Assembly (NCBI GenBank): GCA_038087875.1 | Contig: CM075988.1 | Span: 10,480,001 to 10,544,000 of the forward strand | Length of the DNA: 64,000 bases | Source: Malacoraja senta | Lineage: Eukaryota | Direction: 5' to 3' | Shown: piece after piece, positions 34,118-46,866 of the stretch | Layout of the letters: each line of letters begins with the position of its first letter | Numbering within the stretch: the first letter of the stretch is position 1 | Notes under the pieces: model-generated | Seen by the model: the letters and a program-made list of their open reading frames with translations, nothing else | What the model was told of the DNA's origin: nothing | Database searches by the model: none | Program-made: the position numbers and the translations under genes

Positions 34118-37100
34118 ATTGCTCATCATCGTGCAATATCATGGGCATTGCACATCAATGATCAGCCGGTAAAGGTTCATTTTATTATTAATGTGTATTC
34201 AAATGACCTTGGGTATTATAGAATTATTGTTCAGTTTATTGTTATCACATGTACCGAGGTACAGTGAGAAAGTTTTGTTGGTGTGCTAACCAGTCAAAAA
34301 CAGACTATACATGCATGCCATGCACAGTGCACGGATAAGGGATAAAGGGTACAACATTTTGGGCAAGACGGTCCGATTAAAGATGATTCAAAGGTTTCCA
34401 ATGAGGTAAATGGGAGGTCAGGACCGCACTCTTGCTGGTGAGAAGACGGTTCAGTTGCCTGATCATTACTGGGAAGAAGCTATTCCTGAATCTGCAGTTT
34501 CTCTTCACATCACTTCTCTTCACTTTCGATCATAAGGTCATAAGGAATAGGAGTAGAATTAGGTCATTCGGCCAATCAAGTCCACTCCGCCATTCAATCA
34601 TGGCTCTCCCACCTAACCCCATTCTCCTGCCTTCTCCCCATAACATCTGACACCTGTATTAATCAAGAAGGATCACTTTCCTCGGGTCCCATTCTGCCCT
34701 AGAATGTCCAGCTCACAGTACACCCATCCTACCAGTGAATATGGTACCAGTCTGAATTCCTATTATGTGGCTTTGATATTTCCTTGATTTATGTGTACCT
34801 TGCAATCATTAATACCATCATCAAAGATTTCTCCATATTTTCAACATGAATTTGCAGATGTTTCCTGGAGACTGAACATATTTTTCCACTTGAACTTTAG
34901 CTTTCTTGGTTGATCCTTTCCAGTTAATATAATTGATCTCTGCATCAGCTATATCGGAAAGGCAATTAATCAGTGGACATCCAAACTTACTGCATTTGTA
35001 TTTGTTCTGTGCCAGACATTAAATTTGTCTTCTGTCAAAAATGTCCTGCTCTGGGTGTCTCTACCCATGATAGAACAATCCACTGCTGTATCTATGGTCA
35101 TTTAGGACATAGAAAATATGCAGAGCATAGAACAGTACAGCACAGGAACAGGCACCCCAGCCCACAATGTCCATGCCAAACAGAAAGCCAAGTTCAACTA
35201 ATCTCCTCTGACTGCACGCCATCCGTATCCTTGACCAGCCATGATCATATTGAATGGTGGTGCAGGCTCGAAGGGCCGAATGGCCTACTCCTGCACCTAT
35301 TTTCTATGTTTCTATGTTTCCATTTCCTGCATATCCATGTACCTATCCGAAAGCCTCTAATATGGTATTATCATATATGTCTCCACCACAACCCCTGGCA
35401 GTGCGTTACAGGCACTCTCTATTTTGGTGCAAAAAAAACGTACCCAGCACATCTCATTTAAACTTTACCCCTCTCACTTTAAACTTTTGCCCTCTGGTCT
35501 TTGATTTTTTTTCATCCTAGGAACAAGTTTCTGGTCTATCCTATCTCTTCCTCATAATTTGATCATCTTCGATGTGGTCCTGGATGCTCCAGAGAAAACA
35601 ATTCAAGTTTGTCCAACTTTTCGTATTTGTACTTCATCATGCAATCTTGCTGCTTTTGCCATTCCCACAAGTAGTGTGGGTGCGACAGCCATCAGGCTAT
35701 TAAACTCCACAACCTTCATTAAGCTCTGAACTACATAGACTACTATTGTTGTTCTTGCACTATTATTGTTTGTTTTTTATATGTACGTGTGTGTATATGT
35801 ATACATGTATGTTTGTATGTATGTGTATATATATATACAGTATGTGTGTGTATGTGTGAGTATATCTATATATATGCACACTGGACTTTCTCATTTATTA
35901 TATTGTTTACAGTATACTATGTTTCATTATTCTGTTGTGCTGCTGCCAGTAAGAATTTCATTGTTCTATCTAGGACTTGTGACAATAAAACACTCTTGAG
36001 TCTATACAGTGTAGCTTTACGCAATGTGAATGAACATTGCTGGTTCTAGTGCTGGATTTAGATGAAGAGAAGAGAGGGCCTTGGCTATTCCACTAGTGAG
36101 GCCTCTCCTAATCTCCCACCCCCACGTTGAAGTTAACGTTTGCCCTCGCTTTATTACTAACCTGACAGTGGCAGCCACAGAACTACACAGTAGGTTTCCA
36201 GCACCGATTATCAGCTCTACTCCTAGCATTGCTCCTTGCCAACTTCCTAGTTGAAATATCTTTGCACTTTCCTACTTACCCCTGAGTTTTGACTTTTGAA
36301 GCCTGCAAGTATCCAAAGATGTTCCCTGGCTGCACCCGGCATCGCTGCTTACTGGAGCACGTGTGAAAGTTTGCCGGACCCCGGTGCCACCAGATTGACA
36401 CCGATGTGCAGCCGAGCGTGGCCAATGAGATAAGGGGCTGGAAAGCTGCACTTTTATTTATTTATTTATTGCCAGTGCTAGTGTCGAGTTATCGGCTTAA
36501 AACAGTATTATTCTGAAATGGAGGGCAAGGAAAATTACTGAAGGGTTGTTTAGAGACTACAGTGCATTGTGACAGCATATGTAAGAAAGGCCTACGACAG
36601 CCAAAAATATTATGCACCTTGGCCGGAGACCCCCTAGATTTTGAGGCCCTAGGCTTCATCCTGCCATGTTTATAGGTAAATCCGGCACTGGCTGGATCCA
36701 TGTTGAAGGAACATCCAATGAATGCATAGATTGCATTGATAGCAACACTCTGGTCAGTTAGTCTGGGTTTGGATCAAATGTTGTTGATATATGTCCTCAA
36801 ACAAATAACACTTGGCCAGCTTGATGGAAGAGACAGCTGCCATTGCGTTAGAAATAAAAAATTGCCACCAGTTACACTCACATCGTGCTGAGATATCAGG
36901 TATGAAGCTTTCACTTCTACCTGATTATACGCTTCAACAATATTTGTGCCTGATGATGGATGAAATTTTCTGGCATTTTTCGTTGCCATTTCCATTGAGG
37001 TTGCAGGTCTGCAAGCCAGTGAGACTGCATGCTTAGCGATTTGGATGATATCCATTCGTCATTTTAACGAAGCACAAATCTACCCTGCAGTGCACAGTTT

Positions 37101-37793
37101 AAGAATTCACTATAGCTTCAGCATCTAAATACATCCTTTAATGAAACAATACAATCACTTTCTCCTGCCACAAGCCATATTATTGCCTTCCGCTATTTTA
37201 AACAGCTGGGGTTGAAATAATCCACCCATCCCTGTCTTACTTCAGTGACTGAAAGCTATTTGGTTTTCTTCTGGGCTAGAAAGTGTGCAGTCGATCTCAG
37301 GTCCAATGTTGGCAATGGAATAGCTTCATAATCTCATGTAGCAGTACTTGGGACCAGAGGATTTTCAATGTGATTCCTTATGGTGTGAATATTATTGGAA
37401 AAAGGAAATATTCCACTGTTTTCATTGCGAAGAACAGTAAAGCAGAAACAATATATCATGTCTGAATGTGTGGCATCATTCTTTCTTGTTTCCCACCTAA
37501 CCAGTGGTGTGTCTGCATTCAAGCCTTCTCAGCCATATTCTCAATATTCCTATGTATTTCTTTCTCCTGTTACTGGTATTTCTAGGCTCAGGAAACTGCA
37601 GATACTGGGATCTTGATCAAAACACAAATTGCTGTAGGAACTCAGCAGGTCTGGCAGCAACCGTGGAAGGAATGGACAGGCATGTATTCAGGATGGGGAT
37701 CCTTTTGTTAAATATTTCTATCAGGCACACTCCTGTCTTTTTCTGTAATGGTTGCTGCCAAAGCTACATTGCATGAGCCATTTTCTCTTGCCT

Positions 37794-38651
37794 ATACAAT
37801 ACAATACAATACAATACCGTTTATTGTCATTTGATCCTCAAATGAAGTTCAAACGAAATTTGGTTTCTGCAGTCATACAACAAGAAAAGAACCAAGACAC
37901 AACACAATTTACACAAACATCCATCGCAGTGAATCTCCTCCTCACTGTGATGGAAGGCAAAGTCTTATCCCTCCCCTGCACTCCACATTCTCCTCCCGAT
38001 GTCAAAGTCAAAGCCCCCGGCGGGCGATGGTAAATATGTCCCGCGGGTATTAAAGCCGTGCCGGGCGATGCAAGGCCACGCTCCAGGTCTTGATGTTGGA
38101 GCCCCCGGTAGCGCTAGCAAGTCCAGCAGCCATTAAAGCCACGCCGGGCGATGTAAGACCCCGCTCCAGGTCATTTTCAACCCCGCAACTCGGGCGGGAG
38201 AAGTCCCCATTGCGGGAGCTCCGAAAAGCGGTCTCCCACCAGGGACCCGCGAGCTCCCGATGTCACCGTCCACCGGGCTGGCGGCTGGAGCCTCCGAATC
38301 TCCGGGGTCGGGTCGCAGCGGCGCGCCACCACAGCTCTCCACGCTCCGAACTCGGCCAGCTCCACGATGGTGAGTAGTCCGCAGGCTCCGTGACTGGAGC
38401 CCCAGGTCGTTCCGGTTGGAGGCCGCTCCACGGTGCTAGGCCCCAACGACAACGGAGACCCGACTGATAAAGGTCTGGTCTCCCGTGCAGGGAAAAGATT
38501 TTAAAAGTTTCCCCCACACTGCCCCCCCACCCCCCGCCCCCCACACATACCCAGTTAAAAAAAACACAATAAACCAAACTCAAACGAAACAAAAAAATAA
38601 AAAAGACAGACGGACTGCAGAGGCCACTGCGACGTGAGTCGCGCCGCCCAC
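37794..38651 (-). mobile_element. GC-rich non-coding retroposon related to 5812-6548
   Basis: (CAATA)n tail plus TTTATTGTCATTTG on the + strand; shared core and head with 5812-6548; CpG-rich body. Confidence 0.65.
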
Positions 38652-39053
38652 TGCCTGTGGAGTTTTGATATCCTGGGGTCAATGCTGCCAATTTGCAATG
38701 TTCACATGGTACATTGCAAGGTTTCTTCAAACCATCAGTCCTTTTACTCAAAAACAAAAAAACTGTGGAGGCCTGCAGCAGATACTGAGGAAGGGAGTCC
38801 AGTCAACTTAATGAACAATGTAAGCCATCACACTCATGGTGGGTACCCCATGTTTAATCTATATAACTAAAACTCTCACCTTGACCACTTCCTGTCTGCG
38901 CTGTATATTGATTTTAGAAAAAAACGCTACCATATCTCGCTAGGATTTTGGGCCATCTTATTCACAGTCCTCCTCCGCTGAGGCAGCCCGAAGGATTCTT
39001 CCGATCGATGAAAAATAAAAAAGTTATGAGTGTTTAAAAAATATTGAGATCAG

Positions 39054-39124
39054 CTGATTGGTCCTCTCACCTGTCAATCACCACGGTGAAGGTAACACCC
39101 CTTCCGGGGGGCAGGACTATAAAA
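39054..39124 (+). promoter_or_regulatory. Candidate Pol II promoter module inside the Helitron-like element
   Basis: CTGATTGG (reverse CCAAT, 39054-39061), CTGTCAATCA (reverse TGATTGACAG, 39071-39080), CTTCCGG (ETS, 39101-39107), GGGGGGCAGG, TATAAAA (39118-39124). Confidence 0.5.
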
Positions 39125-39130
39125 CGCAGA

Positions 39131-39709
39131 TGCCTGAAATGCTGTGAAATTGAGTTTGGTGGGCTGTATTCTGCCTGAGATGCAGTGAAATTGAGTTTGG
39201 TGGCCTGCACTCTGCCTGAGATGCTTGAAATTAGGTCTGGTGGCCTGCACTCTGCCTGAGATGCTATGAAATTGAGTCTGTGGCCTGCACTCTGCCTGGG
39301 ATGCTATGAAATTGAGTCTGGTGGCCTGCACTCTGCCCGTGATGCTATGAAATTGAGTCTGGTGGCTTGCACTCTGGCTGAGATGCTATGAAATTCAGTC
39401 TGATGGCCTGCACTCTGCCTGAGATGCCTTGAAATAGAGTCTGGTGGCTTGCACTCTGCCAGGGATGCTATGAAATTGAGTCTGGTGACCTGCACTGCGT
39501 GAAATGCTATGAAATTGAGTCTGGTGGCCTGCACTGCTTGAAATGCTATGAAATTGAGTCTGGTGGTCTGCACTCTGCTTGAAATACTATGAAATTGAGT
39601 CTGGTGGCCTGCACTCTGCTTGAAATACTATGAAAGTAAGTCTGGTGGCCTGCACTCTGCTTGAAATGCTATGAAATTGTTTTTGGTGGCCTGCACTCTG
39701 CTTGAAATG
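39131..39709. repeat. Minisatellite, about 14 copies of a 41-bp unit
   Basis: Consensus TGAAATTGAGTCTGGTGGCCTGCACTCTGCCTGAGATGCTA, head to tail, units of 39-41 bp. Confidence 0.95.
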
Positions 39710-39724
39710 GAATTTCAAGAATAG

Positions 39725-39835
39725 CTGTGAGTGAACTGCCATCCTACCAGCCCTGAGTGACTGAGCTGCCAGCCTACCAGTCCTGAGTGGCTGAGCTGCC
39801 AGCCCACCAGACCTGAGTGACTGAACTGCCAGCAC
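39725..39835. repeat. Minisatellite, about 3.5 copies of a 30-bp unit
   Basis: CTGAGTGACTGAGCTGCCAGCCTACCAGNC. Confidence 0.9.
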
Positions 39836-40881
39836 AATAATCCATTCGGCACACAATGTCCATACCAGCCCTCTGGAAACCAGTCCCTTCGGCTCACAAC
39901 ACCCATACTAGCGCTCCAGAAAGCCCCCCCCTCACCCTCCCCCGTTGGCCACCAATATTCAAATTCGTGGAGAGGTGGAATATTGCGTTGGGGGGCCAGC
40001 CCTCCCGTGTGAACATGGGACCCCAACGGGTCCCACTTAGTCGAGTATTCAATAGAAGTAAGGCAGCAAAAAAGGTTACGAGTTTCATTAAGTTGGGAAA
40101 AAAGTCAGTTATGACCCATCAAGTCAAAGCCATGAGTCTGTTTCAATTGCCTGCCAAATAATGGTTAACTACTCATTTGAATTCTTCACAAAGGCAACAA
40201 CAGTGTATTAACAGCTGAGCCTGCAAGAAATATTGTTTACTATGATTATAGTACAGAATAAAACCTCCCATCTGTTGCTGTTGGAGAAGTACTTGCCTAC
40301 CCAGCAGGAGATTCCTATCAGGCTGCTACTCTATCAGTGATTGGTGCCAAACGCCTGCTGTTTTCCACAGGGAAAAGGAACTCAAATACATTGGATGGTT
40401 GGAGATTTAACACCACCCACGGAGATCACATTCACATCAGGATATCGCAAAGTCTTTGATATTGGGTACAGGATCGGGCGCAAGCCCTCTCCTTTGAATG
40501 CAATTACCTCCAAAATATAAAGGTGTTTTTATTACATCTCTTCGCTGTGGATGTCGTGGTTTATTTTGAAAAAGGCTGATTGTCAGAGAGTCATGGCTTC
40601 TTATCACAGTGTGTAGTAAGCCAAGGCTTCTTATTGTGACAGGGCAGGATTCTTTGGTTTAAAGAGAGCTATGACAAAGAACAGCTAAATGCGCAGAAAG
40701 TAATTTTGTTAACCCAATGAGCCATAGGAAAACAAACAGTGAAATGCATGTCAGAAATAGACATCAGTGAAGTGTACATTGGATATGTTATAGGGAATCA
40801 CCAAGTATTCCTAATCCATCAGGTTAATCAAAAATACTTCTGATGGATCTAGATTAAATATGTTTAAAAATGGTAAATGTC

Positions 40882-41431
40882 AACAAACCAAAGAAATTTC
40901 CTTGATTATAGTATGATAATTGGGAAAAAATTAATATTCACATTTTGGTAAAACCCAGCAACCCCCACAATCAAAATGTGGATTATGGAGATGTCGGAGA
41001 CCTTACATTTGGAAAAAAATAGATTTGTCTTAATTGACAAACCAGAATTATTTACTAGAATATGGTCTCCATTTATAGATTATTTGAAGGGGTAGATTGG
41101 GCCGGCGCGGAAGCCTGACTGACACTTGACTCCAGGACTAGATGAATAGTTATGTTCTCTGACCTACGAACTTATCTCCTAAGTTGTTTTATTGACAGTT
41201 TATTCTATTTTTCTAATTTTCTTTTTTTCTCTTTACTTTTTCTATCTATAAATAAAAAATAAACAATTAGAGGCAATGTTAATATGTAACCAATAAATGA
41301 GGATCCCAACTACTTTGGTAGCAGGGTCCCTGGAATCCTGGATACTGATAATATGTAATCGTTAAACAAAGTTTGTATTGGTTTGGATTATGATATGCAT
41401 ATGCTTCTAATAAAAAATGAATATTTTTTTT
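40882..41431 (+). mobile_element. Short 5'-truncated L1 (ORF2 C-terminus plus 3'UTR) with 15-bp TSD
   Basis: Similar to about 20290-20490 (...AAAATGTGGATT...ATGTCGGA...TGGTCTCCATTTAT); TSD AAAATGGTAAATGTC at 40867-40881 and 41432-41446; TTT/AAAA target. Confidence 0.88.
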
Positions 41432-42011
41432 AAAATGGTAAATGTCCAATTACAAAACTCCACTAAACATATTGGGGCCTTTATTGGACTTGGAAACTTT
41501 CATTTTTTAGAGTGAAGGAAGCCTTTTATTCTCCAAATAATCTGGCGATCTTATACTTTCAACCACAACCAAAGTGTATGCCAAATGGTAAACTCTCCCT
41601 CCCTGTGTTGGCTGAGATGACTGTAGCCTCTGCACGCAATCTCAACATCACTAAACTACCAAAGAAGCCAAGCGATCAATCCTCTTCGCATAAGTTCAAG
41701 AGCAACCAGTGCCTGAGATGTCTGTGCCTGACTAAAGAGCCAGTGATGTACATCTGTCACCATCTGCTGCCACTAACCCAGAGTTTGGCAAGAACCAGAT
41801 TATTTCTGGCCGTCAATGTGACTAGGACTCTGAAATTGTATTCACCTGGATGCTTTTCGGCTGCTGCTCTAGGGATAGGTGTGACTACATAAGCAGGGGG
41901 TGCAGCGAGAGGGTCACACTGAGGCTCTCTGTCCAAAAGAAACAGCTTCACCTCATTCTCTCTTTCCGGATTCAAACACACAGAACCAGCACAGGAGTTT
42001 ACAAGAATTCT

Positions 42012-42313
42012 GGGCGGCACGGTGGCATAGCGGTGGAGCTAATGCCTTACAGCGCCAGAGATCCTGACTATGGGCACTGTCTGAGCGGAGTTTGTCCATT
42101 CTCCCCATGACCTGCATGGGTTTTCTCCGAGATCTTTGGTTTCCTCCCACACTCCAAAGGTGTACAGGTTTGTAGGTTAATTGGACTGGTATAAATGTAA
42201 AATTTCGCCTAGAGAGTGTAGGGTAGTGTTATTGTGAGGGGATCGCTGGTGGGTGCAGACTCGGTGGGCGGAGGGCCTGTTTCCGTGCTATATCTCTAAA
42301 CTAAATTAAACTA
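42012..42313 (+). mobile_element. HE1-like SINE
   Basis: GGGCGGCACGGTGGCATAGCGG head, V-domain, (CTAAA)n tail. Confidence 0.9.
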
Positions 42314-42882
42314 CATCTTGTTTCCTGCCTTTGACTTTGCAAGCACACACTTCACATCAATTTGCCAGTTTTATGAATCAGACGGCGTTCCAATCCACCA
42401 ACATGTAGCTGGTGAGTGATTGCAAACACCGGTTCATGATAGCCATGCAGAGGTCCTCTGGGACAATTGTACTTCAATCATGACATCCCAAGGAGTGATT
42501 ACTAGACAGCAAGGATAATGAACGTGATACGGTTCGTGACTTCAGTGCACAGCAGACAGACAACGAGAGAGATGGCACCATGGGGAACATTACAGAGCAA
42601 ACTGTAGGCATCCTCAACTGATCTCTCTAATGCCTGATCTGCTCTGGGATACCCTGCTGTATTCAGTGAAGGAACAATTAAGATTTGTAGCGAAATATTG
42701 CATTCTGCATGATCTTGTCTTCACGGGAAGCCAGCATTTGTCATCACGTATTATATCACAGGAACAAAGGAATAAGGAGGTGATGTGGGAAGACGGCAGT
42801 AGAGAAGGAGGATAATGAAAGTAAGCCGGACTAAATAATGATATAAAAACAAATAATTAATGGGCAATTAATAATCTCAGGT

Positions 42883-43252
42883 TGTAGAAACAATGATCTG
42901 CAGATGTTGGTTTATACCTAAGGTAGACACAAAATGCTGGAGTAACTCAACGGGTCAGGCAGCATCTCTAGAGAAAAAGGAGCTGTGCCTCAGAGCCACA
43001 GGCCTGAGTTCAGACCTGACTCCTGGTGCTGTCTGTGCGGAGTTGTACGTTCCCTCTGTGACTGCGTGGGTTTCCTCCGGGTGCTCCAGTTTCCTCTCAC
43101 ATTCCAAAGATGAGCAGGTTTGTAGGTTAATTGACTTCTGTAAATTGCCCCTAGTGGGTAGGATGAGGAAGAGGGATAACATGGGTGATCGATGGCCAGC
43201 ATGGACGGTGGGCCCGAGGACTTGTTTCCACGCTGTACCTCTAAACTCTAAA
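42883..43252 (+). mobile_element. PLE repeat arm (42883-42980) fused to a 5'-truncated HE1-like SINE
   Basis: TGCTGGAGTAACTCAACGGGTCAGGCAGCATCT followed by SINE V-domain and tail. Confidence 0.75.
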
Positions 43253-44007
43253 CTTCTCTATTCCAGCAAGTTAATGTTACCTTTCTCCCAACTCAAGTCC
43301 CAAGGTGGGTTCCTAGATTCCAGATCCCAGTTCGAGTCTCTGCTCTCATTATATCTGATGTTATTAGCATTGGTTTATTACTGTCACTTATACTGAGATG
43401 CTGTGCTATTATTGGAGGTGGCGGCTGCAATTGTGATATTGAATGATCACATGGCCTCAGGTTCTGTCTGTTCCTCTGTTGCTTGGGAAATGCTTAGTTC
43501 TTGTGGAATTGAAATGAAAGAAGAATAAAGATGGAATTCTGATCAGTGACGTGCAGAAACTGGTCAGCTCATGATTACACCTTTGGTAGCTTCACAGTCA
43601 GAAGGGATTGAGGGAAAATAAATGTAAGGAATTATTTTTAATAGGTGCAGGAGTAGGCTATTTAGCCCTTCGAGACAGCACCCTCATTCAATGTGATCAT
43701 GGCTGATCATCCACAATCAACACCTCATTCCTGCCTTCTCCCCATATCCCTTGAATCCGCCAGCCCTAAGAGCTCTATCTAACTCTTTTGAATGCATCCA
43801 GTGATAGATCCTTTAAGCATACATTTAACACTGATCATTATCTCTTAAAATTGCTTTCCAGATATTTGTCCATTGTGGCAACTCTTTCTTGAAGACCCAC
43901 AGTGCAGTAGACAAGCTTCATACTGCCTTCTGTCTCCTGGTTAAGCCGTTGCTGATTCACGTAAATTTCCAAATGGTCTTAGCATGACCGAAAAACAGAT
44001 GCTCCTC

Positions 44008-44670
44008 AGAAAGCGAATGGCATGTTGGCCTTTATAACAAGAGGAATCGAATATAGGAGCAAAGAGATCCTTCTGCAGTTGTACAGAGTCCTAGTGAGAC
44101 CACACCTGGAGTATTGTGTGGAGTTTTGGTCCCCTAATTTGAGGAAGGACATTCTTGCTATTGAGGGAGTGCAGCATAGGTTTACAAGGTTAATTCACGG
44201 GATGGCGGGACTGTCATATGCTGAGAGAATGGAGCAGCTTGGCTTGTACACTCTTGGGTTTAGAAGGATGAGAGAGGATCTCAATGAAACATATAAGAAT
44301 GTTAAGGGTTTGGACACGCTAGAGGCAGGAAACATGTTCCTGATGTTGGGGGAGTCCAGAACCAGGGCCCACAGTTTAAGAATAAGGAGTAAGCCATTTA
44401 GAACGGAGATAAGGAAACACTTTTTCTCACAGAGAGTGGTGAGTCTGTGGAATTCTCTGCCTCAGAGGGCGGTGGAGGCAGGTTCTCTGGATGCTTTCAA
44501 GAGAGAGCTAGATAGGGCTCTTAAAAATAGCGGAGTCAGGGGATATGGGGAGAAGGCAGGAATGGGGTACTGATTGTGGATGATCAGCCATGATCACATT
44601 GAATGGCAGCGCTGGCTCGAAGGGCTGAATGGCCTACACCTGCACCTATTGTCTATTGTCTATTGTCTAT
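44008..44670 (+). mobile_element. CR1 3' fragment with open ORF2 C-terminus (44022-44573)
   Basis: LQLYRVLVRPHLEYCVEFWSP...FFSQRVVSLWNSLPQ; (CTATTGT)n tail. Confidence 0.93.
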
Positions 44671-44702
44671 TTTAAGCGGAGCAGCCTACCTTTAGGCATT
44701 GA

Positions 44703-45100
44703 TGATAGACACAAAATGCTGGAGTAACCCAATGGATCAGGCAGAATCTCTGGAGAAAAGAAATAGGTGATGTTTGGGTTGAAACCCTTCTTCAGACTTA
44801 GAGTCAGGGGGGTGGGAAACTAGATGTATGAAAAGCTTCAGAACAAATCATAGCTGGCACCAATGACCAATGAAAGGTGGAGCCCACAATGGTCCACTGT
44901 TGGCTGTGGAAGAAGTGATAACAAAGGGATGTATGGATGCAAACAGTGGAACTGGCAGGACGACTACGGTGGGGGAAGTGCGGGATGAGAGAGGGGAATG
45001 CAGGAGTTACTTGAAATGAGAGAAATCAACATCATACTGCTGGCTTGTAAGCTGCCCAAACAAAATATGAGGCACTGTACCTCCAATTGGCTTTGAGCAT
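44703..45100 (-). mobile_element. PLE 3' fragment
   Basis: Minus-strand AQSQLEVQCLIFCLGSLQASSM (decayed form of the 26039-26151 peptide) followed by AGTCTGAAGAAGGGTTTCAACCCAAACATCAC. Confidence 0.7.
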
Positions 45101-45309
45101 TGTCAGGCACTGGCTGTTGATGAGTGCTATTGCGGAGCAGTGGGAGGAACATTGGCTGCAGACCAAAATGTTACAACTCAGAAGGCTTCGCCAAGAGGCA
45201 GGCTACACTGTAATGAATGTACACGGACTAATGGTGGCCCTCCCAAAATCACAACAATTCACATACTCTGAAGTAGTTTTCTTTAGTCACTCTACCAACA
45301 GGCATATTT

Positions 45310-45595
45310 GATTTAGTTTTGGTTTAGGGAGATTGCGCGGAAACACACAATTCGGCCAACCGTTGCCATACACTAGCACAATCCAACACAGAAGGGACAA
45401 TTTACTATCTTTACCGAAGCCAATTAACCAACAAATCTGTCCGTCTTTGGAGTGTGGGAGGAAACCAGATCACCCAGGGAAAACCCACGTGGTCACGGGG
45501 AGAATGTACAAACTTCCTACAGACATTACCCATAGTCAGGATCAAACCCAGGTCTCTGGCGCTGTAAGGTCGTAACACTACCCCCACGCTATCGT
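45310..45595 (-). mobile_element. HE1-like SINE
   Basis: Reverse-complement SINE body and tail. Confidence 0.85.
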
Positions 45596-46555
45596 GTCTG
45601 TGTTGCTAAGCTGCTGTATGTTCCCCATGAATACTCTTACTCATATAATGAGTAGAAGTGCAAACAATTCTAAGATAAATCATTCTCTTTCTAAGGTCCA
45701 CGCTCTTAAAATTTATGTCTAGATGAGTTTTAAAATCCATAATTTATAATGATGTCTATCATCCTTATCTTCAGTTTGAATTGCATGATTAGTGTTGCTC
45801 TGCAAAAGTTTACACTGGATTTTTTTTGTCCTAAATTGACAGTGTCATTCGTTTGAATGCTAAACATATGGGAACAAAATATAAGATGCCTTTGAATTGA
45901 TCCAGCTAAAATTGATCAAGGAACGCGTGTTAATCTGGCAAGTTGTTCTATGTTGTGAAGGGTTTTCTGTATCGGTGAGTACAATTTTGGAGCAAGGAGG
46001 GAGAACCCTCTTCATCTTAAATGTGCTGAGTCAGCTTGGTAGGCTTAGAGTTTGCAATTCAGTTTGAAACATAAGCTCCAGAGTTTTCCAGGAATTTCTG
46101 CTCCATCTATATAATCAGAGACACTCATGGCTACATTTATTGGTAGCTCTTATGGCAAGTTGAGTGTACAGTCAATACAAGTGAAGGAAGTATTAATTGT
46201 TCCTGATGTTATGAGTCAAAGTTATTGTATGCAAGTTTCAGGTAAAAGAGCAATATAGCATAACTACCAAATAAATTATTACCCTGGCAAGCAGACAATA
46301 GCTATAGGCTTAGAAGCAACAATATTCTCCATTCTCAAGCTTGGGACTATGAATATACAACTTATTCAGATGTAAAATGATCTGTTGGTCTAGTAATTAT
46401 GGTAAAGTTCATTTTAAATTAAGAGATGTGGTATACTAGTTAACAATAGTATTTAAGTCACGTTAAAACCCCCAAACTGCTTTAAAACTGCTTTAACTTC
46501 TTCTAAAGAAGGGTCATCTACGTATTCCCTCCACAGATGCTGCCTGACCCTTTGA

Positions 46556-46866
46556 GTTAGTTTTAGTTTTAGTTTAGAGATGCAATGCGTAAACAGGCCC
46601 TTTGGTCCACCAAGTCCGCATCGGCCAGCGATCCCCGCACATTAACACTATCCTACACACCAGGGAAAATTTACAATTTTACCAAGCCAATTAACCCACA
46701 AACCTGTACGTTTTATGGAGTGTGGGAGGAAACCTGAGCTCCTGGGGAAAACCCATGCAGGTCGTGGGGAGAATGTATAAACTCCGTACAAACACCATCT
46801 GTGGTCAGGATCGAACCCGGATCTCTGGCGCTGTAAGACAGAACTCTACCGCTGTGCCGCCCTGCC
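46556..46866 (-). mobile_element. HE1-like SINE nested in a PLE repeat
   Basis: Full reverse-complement SINE; left flank GATGCTGCCTGACCC, right flank TAGCATCTGGAGTTCCTTGTGTC. Confidence 0.88.

Larger units (their letters stand above)
38858..40045 (+). mobile_element. Non-autonomous Helitron-like element with internal minisatellites
   Basis: 5' A|TCTATATAACTAAAA; 3' perfect 8-bp hairpin TGGGACCC-CAAC-GGGTCCCA (40016-40035), 6 nt, then CGAG|T (one change from CTAG); between A and T with no TSD or TIR. Confidence 0.75.

Noticed and set aside
36472..36690. Possible hAT MITE (right end TAAATCCGGCACTG)
   Set aside because: Only CAGTGC matches at the putative left end and there is no 8-bp TSD; at most a one-ended relic.
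39131..39709. CRISPR-like regular repeat
   Set aside because: Units are head to tail with no unique spacers, there are no cas genes and the context is vertebrate; it is a minisatellite.
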